Source: Eledone cirrhosa (taxonomy: Eukaryota). From it: 64,000 nucleotides of DNA. The notes under the pieces were generated by a model. The model was not told where the DNA came from and made no database searches. It saw only the letters and a list, made by a program, of their open reading frames with translations. Both the position numbers and the translations under genes were made by a program. This document shows, piece by piece, positions 1-15,000 of the stretch (the first letter of the stretch is position 1; every line of letters begins with the position of its first letter). Where the stretch lies: contig OZ024744.1 of NCBI GenBank assembly GCA_964016885.1, positions 123,380,001 through 123,444,000 on the forward strand, written 5' to 3'.

Positions 1-3000
1 GTTTTACTAGTTAACTTTGCAAATAATAGTTTTACTAGTTAACTATCAACATAACAGTTATAGTTTTACTAGTTAACTATCAACATAACAGTTTTACTAG
101 CCAACTCTCAACATAACAGTTTTACTAGTTAACTCTCAGCATAAAAGTTTTACTAGTTAACTATCAACATAACAGTTTTAACAGATAACTATCAACATAA
201 CAGTTATAGTTATACAAGTTACCTAATACCATGAGAGTTTTACTAGTTAACTATCGACATAACAGTTATAGATTTACTAGTTAACTATCAAGATAGTAGT
301 TTTACTAGTTAACTCTCAACATAACAATTTTACTAGTTAACTCGCAACATAACAGTTTTACTAGTTAACTCGCAGCATAACACTTTTGCTAGTTAACTAT
401 CAACATAACAGTTATAGATTTACTAATTAACTCTCAACATAACAGTATACTAGTTAACTCTCAGCATAACAGCTTTACTAGATAACTATCAACATAACAG
501 TTTTACTATTTAACTATCAACATAACAGATAGTTTTACTGGTTAACTCTCAACATAACAGTTTTACTAGTTAACTCTCAACATAGAAATGTTACTAGTTA
601 ACTCGCAACATAACAGTTTTACTAGTTAACCCGCAACATAACAGTTTTGCTAGTTAACTATCAACATAACAGTCATAGTTTTACTAATTAACTCTCAACA
701 TAACAGTTTTACTAGTTAACTCTCAGCATAACAGTTTTACTATTTAACTATCAACATAACAGATAGTTTTACTGGTTAACTCTCAACATAACAGTTTCAA
801 TAGTTAACTATCAACATAACAGTCATAATTTTACTAGGTAACTATCAACAAAGTAGTTTTACTAGTTAACTCTCAACATAACAGTTTTATTAGTTAAGTC
901 TCAGCATAACAGCTTTACTAGTTGATTATCAACATAACAGTTTCACTAGTTAACTATCAACATAACAGTTTTACTAGTTAACTATCAACATAACAGTTTT
1001 ACTAGTTAACTCTGAACATAACAGTTTTATTAGTTAACTATCAACATAACAGTTATAGTTTTAATAGTTAACTCTCAACATAACAGTTTTACTAGTTAAC
1101 TCGCAACGTAACAGTTTTACTGGTTAACTCTCAACATAACAGTTTTACTAGTTAACTATCAGCATAAAAGCTTTGATAGTTAACTATCAACATAAAAGTT
1201 TTAATAGTTAACTATCAACATAACAGTTATAGTATTACGAGTTAACTCTCAACATAGTAGTTTTACTAGTTAACTCTCTGCATAACAGCTTTACTAGTTA
1301 ACTATCAACATAACAGTTTTACTATTTAACTATCAACATAACAGATAGTTTTACTGGTTAACTCTCAACATAACTATTTGACTAGTTAACTATCAACATA
1401 AGTGTTATAGTTTTACTAGGTAACTATCAACATAGTAGTTTTACTAGTTAACTCTCAACATAACAGTTTTACTAGTTAACTCGCAACGTAACAGTTTTAC
1501 TAGTTAACTATCAACATAATTAGTTTTACTAGCTAACTATCAACATAACAGATATAGTTTTACTAGTTAACTATCAACATAGTATTTTTTACTACGTAAC
1601 TCTCAACATAACAGTTTTACTAGTTAACTCTCAACATAAAAGTTTTACTATTTAACTAGCAACATAAGAGTTTTACTAGTTAACTCGCAACATAACAGTT
1701 TTACGTGTTAACTCTCAGCATAACAGTTATAGATGTACTAGTTAACTATCAACATAAAAGATATAGTTTTACTAGCTATCAACATAAGTTATAGTTTTAC
1801 TAGTTAGCAATCAACATAGCAGTTTTACTAGTTAACTATCAACATAACAGTTATGGTTTTACTAATTACATATCAACATAACAGTTTTACTAGTTAACAC
1901 ACAAGATAACAGTTTTACTAGTTAACTCTCAGCATAACAGTTTTACTAGTTAACTCGTAACATAACATTTTACTAGTTAACTATCAACATAACATATATA
2001 GTATTACTAGTTAACTCTGCAAATAATAGTTTTACTAGTTAACTATCAACATAACAGTTATATTTTTACTAGTTAACTCTCAACATAACAGTTTTGCTAG
2101 TTAACTATCAACATAACACTTTTACTAGTTAAGTACTAACATAACAGTTATAGTTTTACTAGTTAACTATCAACATAACAGTTTTACTAGTCAATTCTCA
2201 ACATAACAGTTTTACTAGTTAACTCTCAGCATAAAAGTTTTACTAGTTAACTATCAACATAACAGTTTTAACAGATAACTATCAACATAACAGTTATAGT
2301 TATACAAGTTACCTAATACCATGAGAGTTTTACTAGTTAACTATCGACATAACAGTTATAGATTTACTAGTTAACTATCAAGATAGTAGTTTTACTAGTT
2401 AACTCTCAACATAACAATTTTACTAGTTAACTCGCAACATAACAGTTTTACTAGTTAACTCGCAGCATAACACTTTTGCTAGTTAACTATCAACATAACA
2501 GTTATAGATTTACTAATTAACTCTCAACATAACAGTATACTAGTTAACTCTCAGCATAACAGCTTTACTAGATAACTATCAACATAACAGTTTTACTATT
2601 TAACTATCAACATAACAGATAGTTTTACTGGTTAACTCTCAACATAACAGTTTTACTAGTTAACTCTCAACATAGAAATGTTACTAGTTAACCCGCAACA
2701 TAACAGTTTTGCTAGTTAACTATCAACATAACAGTCATAGTTTTACTAATTAACTCTCAACATAACAGTTTTACTAGTTAACTCTCAGCATAACAGCTTT
2801 ACTAGTTAATTATACACATAACAGTTTTACTATTTAACTATCAACATAACAGATAGTTTTACTGGTTAACTCTCAACATAACTATTTGACTAGTTAACTA
2901 TCAACATAAGTGTTATAGTTTTACTAGGTAACTATCAACATAGTAGTTTTACTAGTTAACTCTCAACATAACAGTTTTACTAGTTAACTCGCAACGTAAC

Positions 3001-6000
3001 AGTTTTACTAGTTAACTCTCAACATAACAGTTTTACTAGTTAACTCTCAGCATAAAACTTTTGCTAGTTAACTATCAATATAACAGTTTTACTAGTTAAC
3101 TATAAACATAACATTTATAGTTTTACTAGTTAACTATCAACATAACAGTTATAGTTTTACTAGTTAACTCTCAACATAAAAGTTATACTAGTTAACTCTC
3201 AATATTAGTTTTACTAGTTAACTCACAACATAACAATTTTAGAAGTTAACTCTCAGCGTATCAATTTTGCTAGTTAACTATCAACATAATAGTTGTACTA
3301 GTTAACTATCAACATAACAGTTATAGTTTTAGTAGTTAATTATCAACATAACAGTTTTACTAGTTAACTCACAAAATAACAGTTTTACTAGTTAACTATC
3401 AGCATAACAGTTTTACTAGTTAACTATCAACATAACAATTTTACTAGTTAACTCTCAACATAACAGTTTTACTAGTTACCTCTCAGCATAACAGTTTTGC
3501 TAGTTAACTATCAACATAACAGTTATAGATTTACTGGTTAACTATCAACATAACAGTTTTACTAGTTAACTATCAACATAACAGTTATAGGTTTACTAGT
3601 TACATATCAACATAACAGTTTTACTAGTTAACTCTCAACATAACAGTTTTACTAGTTAACTGTCAGCATAAAACTTTTGCTAGTTAACTATCAATATAAC
3701 AGTTTTACTAGTTAATTATACACATAACATTTATAGTTTTACTAGTTAACTATCAACATAACAGTTATAGTTTTACTAGTTAACTCTCAACATAAAAGTT
3801 ATACTAGTTAACTCTCAATATTAGTTTTACTAGTTAACACACAACATAACAATTTTAGAAGTTAACTCTCAGCGTATCAATTTTGCTAGTTAACTATCAA
3901 CATAATAGTTGTACTAGTTAACTATCAACATAACAGTTATAGTTTTACTAGTTAATTATCAACATAACAGTTTTACTAGTTAACCCACAATATAACAGTT
4001 TTACTAGTTAACTATCAGCATAACAGTTTTACTAGTTAACTATCAACATAACAATTTTACTAGTTAACTCTCAACATAACAGTTTTACTAGTTACCTCTC
4101 AGCATAACAGTTTTGCTAGTTAAATATCAACATAACAGTTATAGATTTACTAGTTAACTATCAACATAACAGTTTTACTAGTTAACTCACAATATAACAG
4201 TTTTACTAGTTAACTCACCACATAAAGGTTTTACTAGTTAACTATCAACATAAAAGATAGTTTTACTAGCTAACTATCAACATAACAGTTATAGTTTTAC
4301 TAGTTAGCAATCAACATAGCAGTTTTACTAGTTAACTATCAACATAACAGTTATAGGTTTACTAGTTACATATCAACATAACAGTTTTATTAGTTAAATC
4401 TCAACATAAGTTTTACTAGTTAACTCTCAAGATAACAGTTTTACTAGTTAACTAGTAACATAACATTTTACTAGTTAACTATCAACATAACAGATATAGT
4501 TTTACTAATTAACTCTGAACATAACAGTTTTACTAGTTAACTATCAACATAACAGTTATAGTTTTACTAGTTAACTCTCAACATAATAGTTTTACTAGTT
4601 AACTGGCAACATAACAGTTTTACTAGATAAATCTCAACATAACAGTTTTGCTAGTTAACTCTCATGATAACAGTTTTGCTATTTAACTTTCAACATAACA
4701 GTTTTACTAGTTAACTCTCAACATAACAGTTTTACTAGTTAATTCTCAGCATAACAGTTTTGCCAGTTAACTATCAACATAAAAGTTATAGTTTTACTAG
4801 TTAACTATACACATAACAGTTTTACTAGTTAACTCACAATATAACAGTTTTGCTAGTTAACTATCAACATAACAGTTTTACGAGTTAAATATCAACATAA
4901 TTAGTTTTACTAGTTAACTATCAACATAACAGATATAGTTTTACTAGCTAATTATCAACATAACAGTTATAGTTTTACTAGTTAACTATCAACATAGTAT
5001 TTTTTTACTACCTAACTCTCAACATAACAGTTTTATTAGTTAACTCTCAACATAAAAGTTTTACTATTTAACTCGCAACATAAGAGTTTTCCTAGTTAAC
5101 TCGCAACAACAGTTTTACGACTTAACTCTCAGCATAAAGTTTTACTAGTTAACTATCAACATAACAGTTTTACTAGTTAACTATCAACATAACAGCTATA
5201 GATTTACTAGTTAACTATCAACATAACAGTTTTACTAGTTAACTCACAATATAACAGTTTTACTAGTTAACTCTCAGCATAAAGGTTTTACTAGTTAACT
5301 ATCAACATAACAATTTTATAGTTAACTCTCAGCATAACAGTTTTGTTAGTTAACTATCACCATGAGAGTTTTACTAGTTAACTATCAACATAAAAGATAT
5401 AGTTTTACTAGCTATCAACATAACAGTTATAGTTTTACTAGTTAGCAATCAACATAGCAGTTTTACCAGTTAACTATCAACATAACGGTTATAGTTTTAC
5501 TAGTTACATAGCAGAACAGTTTTATTAGTTAACTCTCAACATAACAGTTTTACTAGTTACCTCTCAAGATAACAGTTTTACTAGTTAACTCTCAGCATAA
5601 CAGTTTTACTAGTTAACTATCAACATAACAGTTTTATTAGTTAACTCGTAACATAACATTTTACTAGTTAACTATCAACATAACAGATATAGAATTACTA
5701 GTTAACTCTGAACATAACAGTTTTACTAGTTAACTATCAACATAACAGTTAGTTTTACTAGTTAACTCTCAACATAATAGTTTTACTAGTTAACTCGCAA
5801 CATAACAGTTTTACTAGTTAACTCTCAACATAACAGTTTTACTAGTTAACTCTCAAAATAACAGTTTTGCTATTTAACTTTCAACATAACAGTTTTACTA
5901 GTTAACTATCAACATAACAGTTTTACTAGTTAACTATCAACATAACAGTTATGGTTTTACTAATTACATATCAACATAACAGTTTTACTAGTTAACTCAC

Positions 6001-9000
6001 CACATAAAGGTTTTACTAGTTAACTATCAACATAAAAGATAGTTTTACTAGCTAACTATCAACATAACAGTTATAGTTTTACTAGTTAGCAATCAACATA
6101 GCAGTTTTACTAGTTAACTATCAACATAACAGTTATAGGTTTACTAGTTACATATCAACATAACAGTTTTATTAGTTAACTCTCAACATAAGTTTTACTA
6201 GTTAACTCTCAAGATAACAGTTTTACTAGTTAACTAGTAACATAACATTTTACTAGTTAACTATCAACATAACAGATATAGTTTTACTAATTAACTCTGA
6301 ACATAACAGTTTTACTAGTTAACTATCAACATAACAGTTATAGTTTTACTAGTTAACTCTCAACATAATAGTTTTACTAGTTAACTGGCAACATAACAGT
6401 TTTACTAGTTAAATCTCAACATAACAGTTTTACTAGTTAACTCTCATGATAACAGTTTTGCTATTTAACTTTCAACATAACAGTTTTACTAGTTAACTAT
6501 CAACATAACAGTTTTACTAGTTAACTATCAGCATAACAGATATAGTTTTACTAGTTTAACTCTCAACATAAGAGTTTTACTAGTTAACTATCAACATAAC
6601 AGTTATAGTTTTACTAGTTAACTCTCAACATAATAGTTTTACTAGTTAACTCACAACATAAAAGTTATACTAGTTAACTCTCAAGATAATAATTTTACTA
6701 GTTAACTCACAACATAACACTTTTACTAGTTAACTCTCAGCATAACAGTTTTGCTATTTAACTATCAACATAACAGTTTTACTAGTTAAGTACTAACATA
6801 ACAGTTATAGTTTTACTAATTAACTATCAACATAACAGTTTTACTAGTTAACTCACAACATAACAGCTTTACTAGTTAACTCTCAACATAAAAGTTTTAC
6901 TAGTTAATTCTCAGCATAAAGGTTTTACTAGTTAACTCTCAGCTAGTTAACTCTTTGTTAGTTAACTATCTTTACTAGTTAACTCTTTGTTAGTTAACTA
7001 TCAACATGAGAGTTTTACTAGTTAACTATCAACATAAAAGATATAGTTTTACTAGCTATCAACATAACAGTTATAGTTTTACTAGTTATCAATCAACATA
7101 GCAGTTTTACCAGTTAACTATCAACATAACGGTTATAGTTTTACTAGTTACATAGCAGAACAGTTTTATTAGTTAACTCTCAACATAACAATTTTACTAG
7201 TTACCTCTCAAGATAACAGTTTTACTAGTTAACTCTCAGCATAACAGTTTTACTAGTTAACTATCAACATAACAGTTTTACTAGTTAACTATCAACATAA
7301 CAGTTAGTTTTACTAGTTAACTCTCAACATAATAGTTTTACTAGTTAACTCGCAACATAACAGTTTTACGAGTTAACTCTCAACATAATAGTTTTACTAG
7401 TTAACTCGCAACATAACAGTTTTACTAGTTAACTCTCAACATAACAGTTGTACTAGTTAACTTTCAACATAACAGTTTTACTAGTTAACTATCAACATAA
7501 CAGTTTTACTAGATAACTATCAACATAACAGTTTTACTAGTTAACTCTCAGCATAACAGTTTTACTAGTTAACTCGTAACATAACATTTTACTAGTTAAC
7601 TATCAACATAACATATATAGCTTTACTAGTTAACTCTGCAAATAATAGTTTTACTAATTAACTATCAACATAACAGTTATAGTTTTACTAGTTAACTCTC
7701 AACATAACAGTTTTGCTAGTTAACTATCAACATAACACTTTTACTAGTTAAGTACTAACATAACAGTTATAGTTTTACTAGTTAACTATCAACATAACAG
7801 TTTTACTAGTCAACTCTCAACATAACAGTTTTACTAGTTAACTCTCAGCATAAAAGTTTTACTAGTTAACTATCAACATAACAGTTTTAACAGATAACTA
7901 TCAACATAACAGTTATAGTTATACAAGTTACCTAATACCATGAGAGTTTTACTAGTTAACTATCGACATAACAGTTATAGATTTACTAGTTAACTATCAA
8001 GATAGTAGTTTTACTAGTTAACTCTCAACATAACAATTTTACTAGTTAACTCGCAACATAACAGTTTTACTAGTTAACTCGCAGCATAACACTTTTGCTA
8101 GTTAACTATCAACATAACAGTTATAGATTTACTAATTAACTCTCAACATAACAGTATACTAGTTAACTCTCAGCATAACAGCTTTACTAGATAACTATCA
8201 ACATAACAGTTTTACTATTTAACTATCAACATAACATATAGTTTTACTGGTTAACTCTCAACATAACAGTTTTACTAGTTAACTCTCAACATAGAAATGT
8301 TACTAGTTAACTCGCAACATAACAGTTTTACTAGTTAACCCGCAACATAACAGTTTTGCTAGTTAACTATCAACATAACAGTCATAGTTTTACTAATTAA
8401 CTCTCAACATAACAGTTTTACTAGTTAACTCTCAGCATAACAGCTTTACTAGTTAATTATACACATAACAGTTTTACTATTTAACTATCAACATAACAGA
8501 TAGTTTTACTGGTTAACTCTCAACATAACAGTTTCAATAGTTAACTATCAACATAACAGTCATAATTTTACTAGGTAACTATCAACAAAGTAGTTTTACT
8601 AGTTAACTCTCAACATAACAGTTTTACTAGTTAAGTCTCAGCATAACAGCTTTACTAGTTGATTATCAACATAACAGTTTCACTAGTTAACTATCAACAT
8701 AACAGTTTTACTAGTTAACTATCAACATAACAGTTATAGTTTTACTAGTTAACTATCAACATAACAGTTTTACTAGTTAACTCTGAACATAACAGTTTTA
8801 TTAGTTAACTATCAACATAACAGTTATAGTTTTAATAGTTAACTCTCAACATAACAGTTTTACTAGTTAACTCGCAACGTAACAGTTTTACTGGTTAACT
8901 CTCAACATAACAGTTTTACTAGTTAACTATCAGCATAAAAGCTTTGATAGTTAACTATCAACATAAAAGTTTTAATAGTTAACTATCAACATAACAGTTA

Positions 9001-12000
9001 TAGTATTACGAGTTAACTCTCAACATAGTAGTTTTACTAGTTAACTCTCTGCATAACAGCTTTACTAGCTAACTATCAACATAACAGTTTTACTATTTAA
9101 CTATCAACATAACAGATAGTTTTACTGGTTAACTCTCAACATAACTATTTGACTAGTTAACTATCAACATAAGTGTTATAGTTTTACTAGGTAACTATCA
9201 ACATAGTAGTTTTACTAGTTAACTCTCAACATAACAGTTTTACTAGTTAACTCGCAACGTAACAGTTTTACTAGTTAACTATCAACATAATTAGTTTTAC
9301 TAGCTAACTATCAACATAACAGATATAGTTTTACTAGTTAACTATCAACATAGTATTTTTTACTACGTAACTCTCAACATAACAGTTTTACTAGTTAACT
9401 CTCAACATAAAAGTTTTACTATTTAACTAGCAACATAAGAGTTTTACTAGTTAACTCGCAACATAACAGTTTTACGTGTTAACTCTCAGCATAACAGTTA
9501 TAGATGTACTAGTTAACTATCAACATAAAAGATATAGTTTTACTAGCTATCAACATAAGTTATAGTTTTACTAGTTAGCAATCAACATAGCAGTTTTACT
9601 AGTTAACTATCAACATAACAGTTATGGTTTTACTAATTACATATCAACATAACAGTTTTACTAGTTAACACACAAGATAACAGTTTTACTAGTTAACTCT
9701 CAGCATAACAGTTTTACTAGTTAACTCGTAACATAACATTTTACTAGTTAACTATCAACATAACATATATAGTATTACTAGTTAACTCTGCAAATAATAG
9801 TTTTACTAGTTAACTATCAACATAACAGTTATAGTTTTACTAGTTAACTCTCAACATAACAGTTTTGCTAGTTAACTATCAACATAACACTTTTACTAGT
9901 TAAGTACTAACATAACAGTTATAGTTTTACTAGTTAACTATCAACATAACAGTTTTACTAGTCAATTCTCAACATAACAGTTTTACTAGTTAACTCTCAG
10001 CATAAAAGTTTTACTAGTTAACTATCAACATAACAGTTTTAACAGATAACTATCAACATAACAGTTATAGTTATACAAGTTACCTAATACCATGAGAGTT
10101 TTACTAGTTAACTATCGACATAACAGTTATAGATTTACTAGTTAACTATCAAGATAGTAGTTTTACTAGTTAACTCTCAACATAACAATTTTACTAGTTA
10201 ACTCGCAACATAACAGTTTTACTAGTTAACTCGCAGCATAACACTTTTGCTAGTTAACTATCAACATAACAGTTATAGATTTACTAATTAACTCTCAACA
10301 TAACAGTATACTAGTTAACTCTCAGCATAACAGCTTTACTAGATAACTATCAACATAACAGTTTTACTATTTAACTATCAACATAACAGATAGTTTTACT
10401 GGTTAACTCTCAACATAACAGTTTTACTAGTTAACTCTCAACATAGAAATGTTACTAGTTAACCCGCAACATAACAGTTTTGCTAGTTAACTATCAACAT
10501 AACAGTCATAGTTTTACTAATTAACTCTCAACATAACAGTTTTACTAGTTAACTCTCAGCATAACAGCTTTACTAGTTAATTATACACATAACAGTTTTA
10601 CTATTTAACTATCAACATAACAGATAGTTTTACTGGTTAACTCTCAACATAACTATTTGACTAGTTAACTATCAACATAAGTGTTATAGTTTTACTAGGT
10701 AACTATCAACATAGTAGTTTTACTAGTTAACTCTCAACATAACAGTTTTACTAGTTAACTCGCAACGTAACAGTTTTACTAGTTAACTCTCAACATAACA
10801 GTTTTACTAGTTAACTCTCAGCATAAAACTTTTGCTAGTTAACTATCAATATAACAGTTTTACTAGTTAACTATAAACATAACATTTATAGTTTTACTAG
10901 TTAACTATCAACATAACAGTTATAGTTTTACTAGTTAACTCTCAACATAAAAGTTATACTAGTTAACTCTCAATATTAGTTTTACTAGTTAACTCACAAC
11001 ATAACAATTTTAGAAGTTAACTCTCAGCGTATCAATTTTGCTAGTTAACTATCAACATAATAGTTGTACTAGTTAACTATCAACATAACAGTTATAGTTT
11101 TAGTAGTTAATTATCAACATAACAGTTTTACTAATTAACTCACAATATAACAGTTTTACTAGTTAACTATCAGCATAACAGTTTTACTAGTTAACTATCA
11201 ACATAACAATTTTACTAGTTAACTCTCAACATAACAGTTTTACTAGTTACCTCTCAGCATAACAGTTTTGCTAGTTAACTATCAACATAACAGTTATAGA
11301 TTTACTGGTTAACTATCAACATAACAGTTTTACTAGTTAACTATCAACATAACAGTTTTACTAGTTAACTGTCAGCATAAAACTTTTGCTAGTTAACTAT
11401 CAATATAACAGTTTTACTAGTTAATTATACACATAACATTTATAGTTTTACTAGTTAACTATCAACATAACAGTTATAGTTTTACTAGTTAACTCTCAAC
11501 ATAAAAGTTATACTAGTTAACTCTCAATATTAGTTTTACTAGTTAACACACAACATAACAATTTTAGAAGTTAACTCTCAGCGTATCAATTTTGCTAGTT
11601 AACTATCAACATAATAGTTGTACTAGTTAACTATCAACATAACAGTTATAGTTTTACTAGTTAATTATCAACATAACAGTTTTACTAGTTAACTCTCAAC
11701 ATAACAGTTTTACTAGTTACCTCTCAGCATAACAGTTTTGCTAGTTAAATATCAACATAACAGTTATAGATTTACTAGTTAACTATCAACATAACAGTTT
11801 TACTAGTTAACTCACAATATAACAGTTTTACTAGTTAACTCACCACATAAAGGTTTTACTAGTTAACTATCAACATAAAAGATAGTTTTACTAGCTAACT
11901 ATCAACATAACAGTTATAGTTTTACTAGTTAGCAATCAACATAGCAGTTTTACTAGTTAACTATCAACATAACAGTTATAGGTTTACTAGTTACATATCA

Positions 12001-15000
12001 ACATAACAGTTTTATTAGTTAAATCTCAACATAAGTTTTACTAGTTAACTCTCAAGATAACAGTTTTACTAGTTAACTAGTAACATAACATTTTACTAGT
12101 TAACTATCAACATAACAGATATAGTTTTACTAATTAACTCTGAACATAACAGTTTTACTAGTTAACTATCAACATAACAGTTATAGTTTTACTAGTTAAC
12201 TCTCAACATAATAGTTTTACTAGTTAACTGGCAACATAACAGTTTTACTAGTTAAATCTCAACATAACAGTTTTGCTAGTTAACTCTCATGATAACAGTT
12301 TTGCTATTTAACTTTCAACATAACAGTTTTACTAGTTAACTCTCAACATAACAGTTTTACTAGTTAATTCTCAGCATAACAGTTTTGCCAGTTAACTATC
12401 AACATAAAAGTTATAGTTTTACTAGTTAACTATACACATAACAGTTTTACTAGTTAACTCACAATATAACAGTTTTGCTAGTTAACTATCAACATAACAG
12501 TTTTACGAGTTAAATATCAACATAATTAGTTTTACTAGTTAACTATCAACATAACAGATATAGTTTTACTAGCTAATTATCAACATAACAGTTATAGTTT
12601 TACTAGTTAACTATCAACATAGTATTTTTTTACTACCTAACTCTCAACATAACAGTTTTATTAGTTAACTCTCAACATAAAAGTTTTACTATTTAACTCG
12701 CAACATAAGAGTTTTCCTAGTTAACTCGCAACAACAGTTTTACGACTTAACTCTCAGCATAAAGTTTTACTAGTTAACTATCAACATAACAGTTTTACTA
12801 GTTAACTATCAACATAACAGCTATAGATTTACTAGTTAACTATCAACATAACAGTTTTACTAGTTAACTCACAATATAACAGTTTTACTAGTTAACTCTC
12901 AGCATAAAGGTTTTACTAGTTAACTATCAACATAACAATTTTATAGTTAACTCTCAGCATAACAGTTTTGTTAGTTAACTATCACCATGAGAGTTTTACT
13001 AGTTAACTATCAACATAAAAGATATAGTTTTACTAGCTATCAACATAACAGTTATAGTTTTACTAGTTAGCAATCAACATAGCAGTTTTACCAGTTAACT
13101 ATCAACATAACGGTTATAGTTTTACTAGTTACATAGCAGAACAGTTTTATTAGTTAACTCTCAACATAACAGTTTTACTAGTTACCTCTCAAGATAACAG
13201 TTTTACTAGTTAACTCTCAGCATAACAGTTTTACTAGTTAACTATCAACATAACAGTTTTATTAGTTAACTCGTAACATAACATTTTACTAGTTAACTAT
13301 CAACATAACAGATATAGAATTACTAGTTAACTCTGAACATAACAGTTTTACTAGTTAACTATCAACATAACAGTTAGTTTTACTAGTTAACTCTCAACAT
13401 AATAGTTTTACTAGTTAACTCGCAACATAACAGTTTTACTAGTTAACTCTCAACATAACAGTTTTACTAGTTAACTCTCAAAATAACAGTTTTGCTATTT
13501 AACTTTCAACATAACAGTTTTACTAGTTAACTATCAACATAACAGTTTTACTAGTTAACTATCAACATAACAGTTATGGTTTTACTAATTACATATCAAC
13601 ATAACAGTTTTACTAGTTAACTCACAAGATAACAGTTTTACTAGTTAACTCTCAGCATAACAGTTTTACTAGTTAACTCGTAACATAACATTTTACTAGT
13701 TAACTATCAACATAACATATATAGTTTTACTAGTTAACTTTGCAAATAATAGTTTTACTAGTTAACTATCAACATAACAGTTATAGTTTTACTAGTTAAC
13801 TCTCAACATAACAGTTTTGCTAGTTAACTATCAACATAACACTTTTACTAGTTAAGTACTAACATAACAGTTATAGTTTTACTAGTTAACTATCAACATA
13901 ACAGTTTTACTAGCCAACTCTCAACATAACAGTTTTACTAGTTAACTCTCAGCATAAAAGTTTTACTAGTTAACTATCAACATAACAGTTTTAACAGATA
14001 ACTATCAACATAACAGTTATAGTTATACAAGTTACCTAATACCATGAGAGTTTTACTAGTTAACTATCGACATAACAGTTATAGATTTACTAGTTAACTA
14101 TCAAGATAGTAGTTTTACTAGTTAACTCTCAACATAACAATTTTACTAGTTAACTCGCAACATAACAGTTTTACTAGTTAACTCGCAGCATAACACTTTT
14201 GCTAGTTAACTATCAACATAACAGTTATAGATTTACTAATTAACTCTCAACATAACAGTATACTAGTTAACTCTCAGCATAACAGCTTTACTAGATAACT
14301 ATCAACATAACAGTTTTACTATTTAACTATCAACATAACAGATAGTTTTACTGGTTAACTCTCAACATAACAGTTTTACTAGTTAACTCTCAACATAGAA
14401 ATGTTACTAGTTAACTCGCAACATAACAGTTTTACTAGTTAACCCGCAACATAACAGTTTTGCTAGTTAACTATCAACATAACAGTCATAGTTTTACTAA
14501 TTAACTCTCAACATAACAGTTTTACTAGTTAACTCTCAGCATAACAGTTTTACTATTTAACTATCAACATAACAGATAGTTTTACTGGTTAACTCTCAAC
14601 ATAACAGTTTCAATAGTTAACTATCAACATAACAGTCATAATTTTACTAGGTAACTATCAACAAAGTAGTTTTACTAGTTAACTCTCAACATAACAGTTT
14701 TATTAGTTAAGTCTCAGCATAACAGCTTTACTAGTTGATTATCAACATAACAGTTTCACTAGTTAACTATCAACATAACAGTTTTACTAGTTAACTATCA
14801 ACATAACAGTTTTACTAGTTAACTCTGAACATAACAGTTTTATTAGTTAACTATCAACATAACAGTTATAGTTTTAATAGTTAACTCTCAACATAACAGT
14901 TTTACTAGTTAACTCGCAACGTAACAGTTTTACTGGTTAACTCTCAACATAACAGTTTTACTAGTTAACTATCAGCATAAAAGCTTTGATAGTTAACTAT

